32,000 nucleotides of DNA from an uncultured Candidatus Brocadia sp. (GTDB taxonomy: Bacteria > Planctomycetota > Brocadiia > Brocadiales > Brocadiaceae): contig CAZBCT010000003.1 of assembly GCA_964490485.1 (NCBI GenBank), positions 35,280-67,279 of the forward strand, read 5' to 3'. Position numbers and translations under genes: made by a program. This document shows positions 1-8,578 of this stretch, in pieces. Positions within the stretch are counted from its first letter, which is position 1; each line of letters begins with the position of its first letter. The notes under the pieces are model-generated. The model was not told where the DNA came from. It did no database searches and saw nothing but the letters and a program-made list of their open reading frames with translations.

Positions 1-65
1 GTACAGGGATATGCCCGCGTCTTCGATGGTATTCCGGTACCCGACCCGATGATCGTCAATTCCAT
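1..65 (-). CDS. N-terminal fragment of a possible MBL-fold hydrolase (RNase Z-like), running off the left edge
   Basis: ATG at 65..63 on the minus strand gives MELTIIGSGTGIPSKTRAYPC. This resembles the GsGxxxP..R N-terminus of metallo-beta-lactamase-fold enzymes. Only 21 codons are visible. A plus-frame ORF ending at TAA 70-72 is an unresolved alternative. Confidence 0.3.
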   Translation of the reverse strand, partial: MELTIIGSGTGIPSKTRAYPC

Positions 66-151
66 TTTATAAAATTCTTACCACGAAACAGAAGGAAGTG
101 CTATTAATTCCAATAACAACCGATTTCCTTTTCGTGGAGGTATTCATAGCT

Positions 152-2077
152 CTATACTTTCATTCCAATCTCTACACCCTCAGCGATGGCCTCAAGGGCG
201 GTACGGCCTTCTGCGGCATCACCAACAGTGTAAACCGTAGGAATAAAGGGTTGGATAGAGACAGCGAGTGCGCTGTTCGGTTGATGGAGGGTGGGAATGA
301 CAATGGTATCAAACCCATCGAGTTTTTGATCTGCTTCCCGCCGGCGATTGATAATGATATAATTATGTCCAACCTCAACAACTTTTGTGTTGACGTACAA
401 TTGAGCTCCCATCTTCTTAAGACGTTCACAAACATGATACCGGGGGTGTGCAACGAGTCCCAATCCAAGCACACGCCTCATCTCTATGAGGGTAATCTTT
501 TTTCCTCTGGAAGCGAGAAAGTCGGCAAGCTCGCAACCCTCAGGACCTCCTCCAACGATGGCAATGTTGTTTCCAAGAGAATCTGAATTTACAAATGCCT
601 GCTTAACGTCGATCGTACCGTTATTTTGTGCACCGCCGATCTCAATATGCACGTTCCTGGCGCCATGTGCGAGAACAACTACGTCAGGGGAAAATTGTTT
701 GATTGCTTCCGCTGTTGCCTCTGTGTTAAGCTGAATCAAAGCGTCAGTTTTTTTAACCTGAAGGATTAAATAATCGAGAAATTTTCCTAAAGATTCCTTC
801 TTCGGCGCCAGTGATGCATAGCAGAAACTTCCTCCCAGCCGTGATCCTTTTTCCCACAGGGTAACTTTATGCCCTCGGCCTGATAATACCTGCGCGGCTG
901 ATAATCCTGCCGGTCCACCCCCGACAATGAGTATTCTTTTTGGGTGTGTGGTTTTCGTCGTGCGGTGAATATTTTCTTTACCAATAGAGGGATTGACCGT
1001 ACAGACAAGCCTTTTATTAGAGATACTTTCGATACACCGGTTACAGCTTATGCAGGTTCTTATATCATCGGGTCTGCCGTCTTTCACCTTATTAGGGAAG
1101 TGCGGGTCGGCAATAAGGGTACGCCCCAACACAATAAGGTCTGCCTTGTTTTCCTGTAATATGCTTTCAGCCATAGCGGGATTTAAAATCCTCCCAACAG
1201 CTAATACGGGTATTTTTACCACAGATTTGATCCCCGCTGCGAGATGGACAAAACAGCCTTCTTCTAGATAATAACAGGGTATATTGAAAAACGCGGATGC
1301 GTAGTTGCATGCAGAAACGTGAAGAGCGCTTGTGCCAGCCCTTTCAAGTATTTTGGCTATCTCCCTGCTTTCTTCCAATTTCAGCCCCGTATCAGTATAT
1401 TCGTCTGCGCTGATACGACAAATGACCGGATAATCCCCTGAAGCACACCTACGTATACCTTCAACAATTTCCTGCGCAAATCGTGAACGACGGGCAGTGC
1501 TTCCCCCGTAATCGTCTGTGCGCGTATTAGATTCCGGGGAAAGAAATTGATTCGCCAGATATCCGTGCGCCATGTGAATTTCAACACCATCAAATCCTGC
1601 GCTTATGGCACGAACAGCGCCTTGAATAAATTTGTTGATTATGTCCCTGATTTCTTCAGCCGTTAATTCTCTGGGCATTTCTTTGGTTAAAGGGCTCGGA
1701 ATAGCAGACGGGGCTACCGGCTTCAAACCGGTAAAGTATGGCAATGCCTCTTTCCCTGCATGACTTAATTGAATAACAATTTTTCCGCCTGCGGCATGGA
1801 TGCAATCCGTGAGTTTTTTAAAGCCTGGAATATATTTGTCATCATGGATGCATAACATGCCGTCATTGACCCTGCCTGCAGGGTCGACGGCTGTATTTTC
1901 CAGGGTAATATACCCCACTCCTCCCACAGCACGCTCTTTGTAGTAAACAATAAGCTCCTCAGTCACAAAACCCTCTGTATCGCATAAATGCGTCTCCATA
2001 GGGGACATTACCATGCGATTCTTTACGCTCAGAGAGCCTAGCTTAAATGGACTGAAGAGTTTTGGAAAAGCATTCAT
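152..2077 (-). CDS. Old-yellow-enzyme-type FMN oxidoreductase fused to an FAD/NAD(P)-binding domain (2,4-dienoyl-CoA reductase FadH-like)
   Basis: 641-aa ORF. The N-terminus [19 protein letters not shown]...IQLSHAGK is a typical OYE TIM barrel. A Cys cluster ([10 protein letters not shown]) follows, then the dinucleotide-binding motif [14 protein letters not shown] and a second motif [12 protein letters not shown]. Confidence 0.85.
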   Translation of the reverse strand: MNAFPKLFSPFKLGSLSVKNRMVMSPMETHLCDTEGFVTEELIVYYKERAVGGVGYITLENTAVDPAGRVNDGMLCIHDDKYIPGFKKLTDCIHAAGGKIVIQLSHAGKEALPYFTGLKPVAPSAIPSPLTKEMPRELTAEEIRDIINKFIQGAVRAISAGFDGVEIHMAHGYLANQFLSPESNTRTDDYGGSTARRSRFAQEIVEGIRRCASGDYPVICRISADEYTDTGLKLEESREIAKILERAGTSALHVSACNYASAFFNIPCYYLEEGCFVHLAAGIKSVVKIPVLAVGRILNPAMAESILQENKADLIVLGRTLIADPHFPNKVKDGRPDDIRTCISCNRCIESISNKRLVCTVNPSIGKENIHRTTKTTHPKRILIVGGGPAGLSAAQVLSGRGHKVTLWEKGSRLGGSFCYASLAPKKESLGKFLDYLILQVKKTDALIQLNTEATAEAIKQFSPDVVVLAHGARNVHIEIGGAQNNGTIDVKQAFVNSDSLGNNIAIVGGGPEGCELADFLASRGKKITLIEMRRVLGLGLVAHPRYHVCERLKKMGAQLYVNTKVVEVGHNYIIINRRREADQKLDGFDTIVIPTLHQPNSALAVSIQPFIPTVYTVGDAAEGRTALEAIAEGVEIGMKV

Positions 2078-2163
2078 TATTTATAAAACCTCCACCTTGG
2101 TATTGGGTTGAATTATTTGTTGTTTGGCGCCTGAAATATGACGTTTTTCTGCATTATCTGCGA

Positions 2164-3279
2164 CTATCGTGTCTGGGCTAATGCCCTTTTTCTTCTTACG
2201 GGGTTATAGAGTGTGTTCCGTTCAACGGGTTCACGGCCAGCCTCTTTGATGAGTTTGATGATTTCACGGGCAGACAATGCCTCCGGCGTTTCGGCCCCTG
2301 CGGCGTGGGTGATTTTTTCCTCTTGTACCGTGCCGTCGATATCGTCCACGCCGAAACTGAGAGAAACTTGGGATAGCTTGATTCCCAGCATAATCCAATA
2401 TGCCTTGATGTGGTCAAAGTTGTCGAGCATCAACCGGCTTATTGAAATGACTTTTAAATCTAACATAGCGGTAGTACCCGTACTGTTTGACAGTTCAGTA
2501 TTTTTTGGGTGAAATGCAAGCGGAATAAAGGCCAGAAATCCGCCGGTCTCGTCTTGAAGCTCCCGCAACTTCACAAGATGGTTGATTCTGTCTTCGGGTG
2601 TTTCGACATGACCGTAAAGCATAGTTGCATTGCTTCGTAATCCCAGGGCATGGGCCTCACGCATTACCTGTAACCATCCCTCGCCGCTGAGTTTTTCAGG
2701 ACATAATTGCTCACGAATTTTTGGAGAAAATACCTCAGCGCCGCCGCCCGGTAATGAACCCAACCCTGCCTCGCTGAGTTCTCTTAGTGTTTGCCGCACG
2801 GAAAGCCTTGCTATTTGTGACAAGTGTTCGATTTCTACTGCAGTAAATGCCTGGATGTGTACATCAGGACAATTTTCGTGAATCTCACGGATCATTCTTA
2901 GATAAAAATCGAATGGTAGGTCTGGGTGCAATCCGCCTACGATATGGAGTTCTGTTGCGCCTTCTTCTACCGCAGCCATGGCTTTATCAAGAATTTCTTC
3001 CAAGGCCATCTCATAGGAGCCTGCCTCTTCTTTGTCTCTGCTAAAGGCGCAGAACTTGCACCGGTTCTTGCAGATATTGGAGTAGTTGATATGCCGATTA
3101 GTAATATAGTATGCCTTATTGCCATTTTTCCGTTCACGGACGATATTTGCTATATGTCCGATGTGAAGGATATCGTTGGACTTGAAGAGTCGCACGCCAT
3201 CCTCGAAGCTCAGGCGCTTACCATGCTCAACCTTTTGAAGGATATCATATATGGGCGACAATCGTAGTAATTTTTCCAT
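2164..3279 (-). CDS. mqnE: Radical SAM enzyme of the futalosine menaquinone pathway, aminofutalosine synthase MqnE-like (MqnC not excluded)
   Basis: 371-aa ORF with the radical SAM motif CKNRCKFCAF. It also has LHPDLPFDFY, LPGGGAEVF, HIKAYWIMLG and IDGTVQEEKITHAAGA, which I recall as MqnE/MqnC/CofH-family blocks. Confidence 0.7.
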   Translation of the reverse strand: MEKLLRLSPIYDILQKVEHGKRLSFEDGVRLFKSNDILHIGHIANIVRERKNGNKAYYITNRHINYSNICKNRCKFCAFSRDKEEAGSYEMALEEILDKAMAAVEEGATELHIVGGLHPDLPFDFYLRMIREIHENCPDVHIQAFTAVEIEHLSQIARLSVRQTLRELSEAGLGSLPGGGAEVFSPKIREQLCPEKLSGEGWLQVMREAHALGLRSNATMLYGHVETPEDRINHLVKLRELQDETGGFLAFIPLAFHPKNTELSNSTGTTAMLDLKVISISRLMLDNFDHIKAYWIMLGIKLSQVSLSFGVDDIDGTVQEEKITHAAGAETPEALSAREIIKLIKEAGREPVERNTLYNPVRRKRALAQTR

Positions 3280-3338
3280 TTTATGAAAATATCAGAATTT
3301 GACGTCAAAATCAAGAAATATGTCCCGCTACTGGTGAT

Positions 3339-3492
3339 GTAAGGGTTCTCGTTTTTCGACAGGATTTGCAGGATGAAAAGAGCTTCTTCCCTCTGCTCAG
3401 AATGACATGTATACACTGTCATTCTGAATGAAGCCGAGCGAAATGAAGAATCTATAAAGGTTTTACCAAAGAGGCATTTCAAAAAGCTAAAT
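3339..3492. repeat. Degenerate relative of the MITE family seen at 9585-9745 and 20841-20990
   Basis: It ends with TTTCAAAAAGCTAAATT (3477-3492), which matches the right terminal repeat of the MITE. The left end gtaagggttctcgtttttcga only weakly resembles the left TIR. The core is a different perfect hairpin, TCAGAATGACA/TGTCATTCTGA (3397-3427). Confidence 0.35.
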
Positions 3493-3538
3493 TAGTACCA
3501 TCACGGACTTGATCGGATATTTTATCATCATATCCATA

Positions 3539-3566
3539 TTGACAAATTGGTCTCCTTTATTATATT
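3539..3566 (+). promoter_or_regulatory. Sigma70-type promoter candidate upstream of the first plus-strand cassette
   Basis: TTGACA (3539-3544), a 16-nt spacer, then TATATT (3561-3566). It lies 63 nt upstream of the GTTCGCC core and about 80 nt upstream of the ATG at 3647. Confidence 0.5.
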
Positions 3567-3646
3567 GTATCACGATAAATTTTTATGATATCTGTAATAA
3601 AAGACAACATATAGGCTGTGTAATCCATGTTCGCCAGGAGAAGAAA

Positions 3647-4408
3647 ATGACCGAATCAAAAGAAATGTACGAACGATGTGAAGGATCACTAGCCTCAGTC
3701 CTCGGGCTTGCTATTCATTTCCTTGAAACGCTTCGCTTCAACCGAAAAAATCCGCAACAACTATATTCCGTTTGCCTTTACGCACGCTTACTTGAACTTG
3801 CTACTGCATGCAAAGCCCTTCTTGAAAAAAATGCAATGGTCGGCATCCCCATCCTTCTGCGTAGTATGTTTGAAGCAGACATCGATCTCACCAACTTGAT
3901 GAAGTGTTCGGATTATTACAAACGCATGTATGCTTCATTCCTCCAAGCGAAGATTCGTTTGACCAAAGAAGCTGCATCATCCAGACCAAATCCGTTTCTC
4001 GCAGAAATAAGGGCAAATCGAAATCATAAAAAGGACCTTTGCGAGACACAGGCGGAACTAGACAAACTCATTGCTGAAAAGAATGGCCCTATTAATATCC
4101 GATGTTGCGCTGAATTCGCGGGCAAACTGGATGAATACCTGTCAAATTATAATAGCCTTTGCCTCGACACCCATAACAACATCCGCTCTTTAGAGGAATG
4201 GTACATCCAGAAGCTTGCGGCTGAAGACTATCGTGTTGTCGTGTTCAAACAGTCCAAGGTGGACATTGTTCCCGCACTCATGTACATCTCGCATATCTTA
4301 CTTATTCAAACAAAATCCCTTGCTGATTTCCTTGGAACCACGGGCATTGAATTTGATAGGTACTTCACTGAATTGCAGGAGCTTGCAGATTCAGCAACGG
4401 GCGACTAA
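3647..4408 (+). CDS. Hypothetical all-alpha protein (cassette A)
   Basis: ATG 3647 is preceded by AGGAG (3636-3640). The product is 253 aa and starts MTESKEMYERCEG. The ORF-track TTG start at 3509 would read through the promoter-like region and looks too long. No motif was recognised. Confidence 0.6.
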   Translation: MTESKEMYERCEGSLASVLGLAIHFLETLRFNRKNPQQLYSVCLYARLLELATACKALLEKNAMVGIPILLRSMFEADIDLTNLMKCSDYYKRMYASFLQAKIRLTKEAASSRPNPFLAEIRANRNHKKDLCETQAELDKLIAEKNGPINIRCCAEFAGKLDEYLSNYNSLCLDTHNNIRSLEEWYIQKLAAEDYRVVVFKQSKVDIVPALMYISHILLIQTKSLADFLGTTGIEFDRYFTELQELADSATGD

Positions 4409-4420
4409 AAAGAGTGAAAC

Positions 4421-4473
4421 GGCGAACCATAAGATTGACCAGAATTTCGTCTTGTCATCCACATCTGTTATTT
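4421..4473 (+). other. attC-like element after cassette A (short, weak palindrome)
   Basis: It runs from GGCGAAC to GTTATTT over 53 nt. Partial pairings are AAC/GTT, AGAT/ATCT and TGAC/GTCA. It is shorter and less palindromic than canonical attC sites. Confidence 0.3.
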
Positions 4474-4542
4474 GGCTATAAATGCCGACAATCTTCGTGA
4501 TTATTTATGTGTATTTTTGGTATTGATGTGGGGGGAAATTTT

Positions 4543-5175
4543 ATGGATTCAATTATTACTGCTTTAGCTACCTTAGCTGCTGCATATTTTGGTGCCTTAT
4601 TTGCCTTTAAATTTCAAGAAAGAAAAGAAGAACGAAAAATTCGAACTAACAATATTGCTGCTGGGAATCGTGCTATGTTTTTACTATTCAGGCAATTCAA
4701 TGAATTATCTGGTATTCAAAAACAAATAATTGAACCTGCCAGAACACATCCGGCCAAATTTGTTGTTATGCGCCCAGCTCTTCCTTTGAATTATCAGAGT
4801 TTAAGATTTGAGGTAAGCAACTTAAGCTTCCTTCTCGAAACAAAACATCGGCAAGTTTTAATGGATTTATTAATAGAAGAAGGTAGATTTCATGCGGCAG
4901 TGCAAACTCTAAATGAGCGTTCAAAAATGCATCTCCATGATGTACAACCAGTTTTGGAAAAAGCAGGAATGGTCGAGGGCGGTGATTATTCACTGTCTCA
5001 ACTTGAAGAAGCCATGGGCAATCGTTTATTTGTACAACTTAACCGAGCTACAGATCAGATGATAGACCATATCGATGATAGTATTAAATCTCTTCTGCAA
5101 ATGAGTGATAAATTATATGAAGTATTAAAAGAATTATATCCTGGTGAAATATTTATTAAATTTAAAGCCACATAA
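4543..5175 (+). CDS. Hypothetical protein with one N-terminal transmembrane helix (cassette B)
   Basis: ATG 4543 follows GGGGGAA. The 210-aa product has the N-terminus MDSIITALATLAAAYFGALFAFKF followed by a basic stretch and a helical remainder. The gene is visibly more AT-rich than its neighbours. Confidence 0.6.
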   Translation: MDSIITALATLAAAYFGALFAFKFQERKEERKIRTNNIAAGNRAMFLLFRQFNELSGIQKQIIEPARTHPAKFVVMRPALPLNYQSLRFEVSNLSFLLETKHRQVLMDLLIEEGRFHAAVQTLNERSKMHLHDVQPVLEKAGMVEGGDYSLSQLEEAMGNRLFVQLNRATDQMIDHIDDSIKSLLQMSDKLYEVLKELYPGEIFIKFKAT

Positions 5176-5304
5176 CAATTGCGTGCACTTGAACGAGTGC
5201 CACAGGACGCTTTTTCGGCATATGGTTGGTTTAAGGAGTGTAAAACAATTTTTGGGCAAGCTAGGGTGATGCAGTGGCACTCGTCAGTGACGCTGGCGTT
5301 CGAC
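5170..5304 (+). other. attC-like imperfect palindrome after cassette B
   Basis: 135 nt. ACATAAC overlaps the TAA stop and the element ends in GTTCGAC. The left arm gcgtGcactTgaAcgagtgccac (5181-5203) pairs with gtggcactcgtcagtgacgc (5274-5293) over 20 bp. Three single-base bulges all fall on the stop-proximal arm. Confidence 0.5.
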
Positions 5305-5339
5305 GGAAAGAGAACAGATAGCATACGTATCGGTGATAG

Positions 5340-6335
5340 ATGACTGACAGTACTGGAAAAAACAATGCCATTGTCCCAGCGCAACCACAACAGCTAGCGG
5401 TGCGTCATGTATGGCTCATCGAGAGAGGCATTCATTCGCTCCCAATTCTAGGAATAACCGAGAGCCGTGTTAAGGAATTTTGTTCAATCCTTGAGGATTC
5501 TGACTTTCTTAACCGCGAAATAACACTGAAAACAATAGTAGATATTGGGACTCACATCAGGTCATGCAGACGGCACCTTGACTCGCTCATCTTTCCGTTA
5601 GTTAAAAACTTTTACTTTTGTTTCGAAGAATCAGAGCGTGAAAGTCGTGCCAGCGGTCACGAACCTCACCCTAGAGAGCGTGAATACACTAAGCTTTCTT
5701 TCGCGGCACTGGAGGCGTTAGTCGGCCCTTTAATGAGTCCCGATGAGGCGATAATGGATATTGTATACTTTGGAACGACTGCCTCGCGCATACGTGCTAT
5801 CGACTGGCTCTCAGATAATAAACAAAGACTTACTACAGCTACCCATGACTTATTCTCTGATTATTTGCGCACGATGCTCCTTTCCACTATACAGAGCACA
5901 CCGTTATTTCTTGCACTGAAATATGCGGATGCAGAGATACACGATCATATTGAGGAAGCCATATACTTTTTTATAGACAAGATTATTCTTGAGAACATAC
6001 CACCGGACGAGCTTAAGGAAAAGGTCGGATGTTACGTTTGTGGTTTATCTTACAACGAGAAAGCCTCCCAAGAGGCTGTAATCTATGCTCTTGGCAAGTT
6101 AGCAGAATTGGGTGATCCCACATATGTGGAATGTGCCTGTGAGATGTTCTTTGTGATAGCGGAAAAGTATAGAGATTTAGACAGGTACTCTGACGATGAA
6201 CTGGAAATGATTTCCTGTGCGTATAAGAAATGTATGAAAGCCCTTTTCGCGCGGTTTTCATCTAACGGACTTGAAGTATACAAATACAAGGAACTTGTTA
6301 TGGAAGAGCTCAAACGTCGAGGATTGCATGGGTGA
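5340..6335 (+). CDS. Hypothetical alpha-helical protein with HEAT-like repeat signature (cassette C-D, first gene)
   Basis: 331-aa ORF. Segments such as AVIYALGKLAELGDPTYVE resemble HEAT/PBS-lyase-type repeats. The stop (6333-6335) overlaps the next gene's ATG (6328). Confidence 0.55.
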   Translation: MTDSTGKNNAIVPAQPQQLAVRHVWLIERGIHSLPILGITESRVKEFCSILEDSDFLNREITLKTIVDIGTHIRSCRRHLDSLIFPLVKNFYFCFEESERESRASGHEPHPREREYTKLSFAALEALVGPLMSPDEAIMDIVYFGTTASRIRAIDWLSDNKQRLTTATHDLFSDYLRTMLLSTIQSTPLFLALKYADAEIHDHIEEAIYFFIDKIILENIPPDELKEKVGCYVCGLSYNEKASQEAVIYALGKLAELGDPTYVECACEMFFVIAEKYRDLDRYSDDELEMISCAYKKCMKALFARFSSNGLEVYKYKELVMEELKRRGLHG

Positions 6336-7113
6336 ATATATGAGCGGGAGCGCACAAGGACGGCAAACGCCGGAAGATATCGAACTTGAGAGAAAACAAG
6401 AGGATCTTCGTGAACTCGAAGCAGAGTTTGCTGAAAAGGAACTTAGGCTTGCTACTTTACGCGCCGAACTGCATCACTTTGATATGCGATACATCAGGCA
6501 TGTCGGAAGCTTGTATACGGTTCTTGATGACTTGGAAGCGCAAATTGCCGAAGAGGTAGCACGCAAGCACCCTCGAAATGAACGTGCAAGGAAAATGGCA
6601 GAACATGCCCGCTCCAAAGCGCGAAAATCGGCGTCTGAAGCAACGCCATCCGATGAAACGTATGTTTCAGGAGACGAATTCAAGCCATCTGAAAGGTTGA
6701 AGGCACTTTACAGATCAGCAGCAAAGGCCATCCATCCTGACCTTGCCAGCGATAATGCCGATTGTGCGCGTCGCCACAAGGCGATGGCATCAGTAAATGA
6801 AGCATACGAAAAGGGAGACGAGAAGCGCATTAAAGCCATCATTGAGGAGTGGGAGTCTAGCCCTGAATCGGTGAAAGGCGAGGGAACTGCTGCCGGGCTT
6901 GTCCGAATAATCCGGCGTATTTCTTTAATCCGCAAGAGGCTTGACAGTATTAGAAATGAGATTGACCACCTCCAGAGTAGCTCTCTGGCACTATTGAAGC
7001 GGAAGGTTGATGCGGGACTCGCTCAAGGACGGGACATATTGAAGGAAATGGCAGTCGGAATTCAGGCAGAAATCCAGGAAGCGGAAGAGCGACTTGCTCA
7101 GATATGTCAATAG
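6328..7113 (+). CDS. Coiled-coil protein with a J-domain (HPD motif)
   Basis: LKALYRSAAKAIHPDLASDNADCARRHKAMASVNEAYEKGD is a J-domain helix II-HPD-helix III signature. It is flanked by heptad-like charged coiled-coil segments. The start is ATG 6328 (overlapping the upstream gene) or ATG 6340. Confidence 0.7.
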   Translation: MGEYMSGSAQGRQTPEDIELERKQEDLRELEAEFAEKELRLATLRAELHHFDMRYIRHVGSLYTVLDDLEAQIAEEVARKHPRNERARKMAEHARSKARKSASEATPSDETYVSGDEFKPSERLKALYRSAAKAIHPDLASDNADCARRHKAMASVNEAYEKGDEKRIKAIIEEWESSPESVKGEGTAAGLVRIIRRISLIRKRLDSIRNEIDHLQSSSLALLKRKVDAGLAQGRDILKEMAVGIQAEIQEAEERLAQICQ

Positions 7114-7119
7114 AAAATC

Positions 7120-7163
7120 GTCGAACCAGGAGCGCAGACAGATGCGGACAAACTGTGTTACTG
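7120..7163 (+). other. Short attC-like element after cassette C-D
   Basis: GTCGAAC (the exact reverse complement of the GTTCGAC that starts the cassette) lies 7 nt after the stop. Nested pairings are CAG/CTG, CGCA/TGCG and GT..AAC/GTTAC. At 44 nt it is shorter than typical attC sites. Confidence 0.3.
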
Positions 7164-7414
7164 AACTATGATGCAAAAAACGATTTTTTTCTAATGCTCA
7201 TTCTTGCATATTTTCAAAGTCAAGCCCCAGCCTTTGCAACAGCAAGTGTTTTTCCATTGATTTTCTTTGTCTTCTCTGTCTTAATATTTTTACGATATCT
7301 AACTTTAAGCAAACGAATAACCAAAGTTCCTTTCCAAGGTTAAATACATTTCTTCAATATAGCAGTTCTGTGTTTAAGGGTTGACAACGCTTTTGTTGTT
7401 TACGGAGGAAAATT

Positions 7415-8509
7415 ATGAGGAGTAAGGTCTATTTTATTAAAGTAGAAAAAGGTGAGAATGTTTCTTCCATTGCAAAAAAGACGAAACAGCTTTTTAATTT
7501 TGCTGGCTTTGCAGATGCGATCCGTAAAAACGACATGGTAGCAGTAAAGACCAGCTTTGGCGAAAAAGGGAATATTGGACATCTCAAGCCACCGATTATA
7601 AAGGCCGTTGTGGACAAAGTAAGGGCGTGTCATGGCAAACCCTTTTTGATAGAGACAAACACCCTGTATGTCGGCCGACGTACCAATGCCGTTGATCATA
7701 TCTCACATGCCCACGATCACGGTTTTGGATATGAAAATATCGGTGCTCCCATTATTATTGGAGACGGGCTCTTTGGTGAGCATGGCGTGCAAGTAGAGAT
7801 CAACCAGAAATTGTGCAAATATGCATATGTAGCTGGTGTAGCGCAAGCAGCAAATACCATCGTCTCAATAGCGCATGTGACAGGGCATCTGGCAACGGGT
7901 ATGGGAGCCACGCTGAAGAATATTGGGATGGGGCTCTCATCACGCGGCGGAAAACTTGCCCAGCACTCTGGTGTAATCCCTCAAATCCTGAAGAAACGGT
8001 GCAATGCCTGTGGTGCGTGCGGCAAATGGTGCCCGGTGGGGGCAATCCAGATGGATGATCAGTATGCCGTTATTGATCCAAAGATATGCATCGGGTGCGG
8101 GGAATGTTTGGCCGTATGTCAATTCGGTGCTGTGAAAATTGCCTGGGACGAAAATACGGTTAATCTTCAAAAAAAGGTTGCAGAATACTGCCTTGCCATT
8201 TTAAAAGGAAAGAACGGCAAGGCGGTCTTTTTCAATTTTCTGACCCATATTACCAAGCACTGCGATTGTATGGGCAAACCGTTTCAGGCTGATATTGCAG
8301 ATATTGGCATCGTTGCATCCATTGATCCCGTTGCCATTGAAAAGGCAACTGCGGATATTATTCAGGACCACACCGGAAAGGACTTCTTTAAAGATGCCTG
8401 GCCACACATTGATTATACCATTCAAATTGCCTATGCACAGGAGATTGGTCTGGGCAGTATGGATTACGAATTGATACCTTGTGGACAGGATGCCGGCGTT
8501 GTAGTTTAG
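7415..8509 (+). CDS. DUF362-family protein with two 4Fe-4S ferredoxin-type clusters
   Basis: 364-aa ORF with GGAGG 7 nt upstream. It contains CNACGACGKWCP and CIGCGECLAVCQ ferredoxin motifs inside a DUF362-like frame (KTSFGEKGN..., HCDCMG). Confidence 0.85.
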   Translation: MRSKVYFIKVEKGENVSSIAKKTKQLFNFAGFADAIRKNDMVAVKTSFGEKGNIGHLKPPIIKAVVDKVRACHGKPFLIETNTLYVGRRTNAVDHISHAHDHGFGYENIGAPIIIGDGLFGEHGVQVEINQKLCKYAYVAGVAQAANTIVSIAHVTGHLATGMGATLKNIGMGLSSRGGKLAQHSGVIPQILKKRCNACGACGKWCPVGAIQMDDQYAVIDPKICIGCGECLAVCQFGAVKIAWDENTVNLQKKVAEYCLAILKGKNGKAVFFNFLTHITKHCDCMGKPFQADIADIGIVASIDPVAIEKATADIIQDHTGKDFFKDAWPHIDYTIQIAYAQEIGLGSMDYELIPCGQDAGVVV

Positions 8510-8578
8510 ATGAAATGGTAAGGATTGCCCATCTCTGAGTTATTCCGTAGGTTTATCATCTTTTCGGAAAAGGATCAT

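Larger units (their letters stand above)
3629..7163 (+). mobile_element. Integron-like gene-cassette array 1 (three cassettes, no integrase in window)
   Basis: Three cassettes show flank complementarity. GTTCGCC (3629-3635) matches GGCGAAC (4421-4427) at 7/7 around gene A. GTTATTT (4467-4473) matches ACATAAC (5170-5176, overlapping the TAA stop) at 6/7 around gene B. GTTCGAC (5298-5304) matches GTCGAAC (7120-7126, 7 nt after the stop) at 7/7 around genes C and D. The inter-cassette elements are imperfect palindromes. Confidence 0.45.

Noticed and set aside
1-72. Plus-frame ORF end (…VQGYARVFDGIPVPDPMIVNSIL, TAA at 70-72) as the tail of a plus-strand gene entering from the left
   Set aside because: It is not excluded, but it has no recognisable motif. 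The minus-strand reading gives an MBL-fold-like N-terminus. It is kept only as the alternative noted under the first feature.
3509-3646. ORF-track TTG start at 3509, giving a 299-aa version of gene A
   Set aside because: The extension translates an AT-rich region containing a near-consensus promoter and the GTTCGCC core. ATG 3647 has an AGGAG RBS at ideal spacing.
7104-7343. 79-aa hydrophobic ORF just after the J-domain gene, considered as a further cassette gene
   Set aside because: It overlaps the gene D stop and the short attC-like element. It has no RBS. The expected complementary core (CAGTAAC) is absent downstream. A perfect GTTAAAT at 7339-7345 has no palindromic partner.
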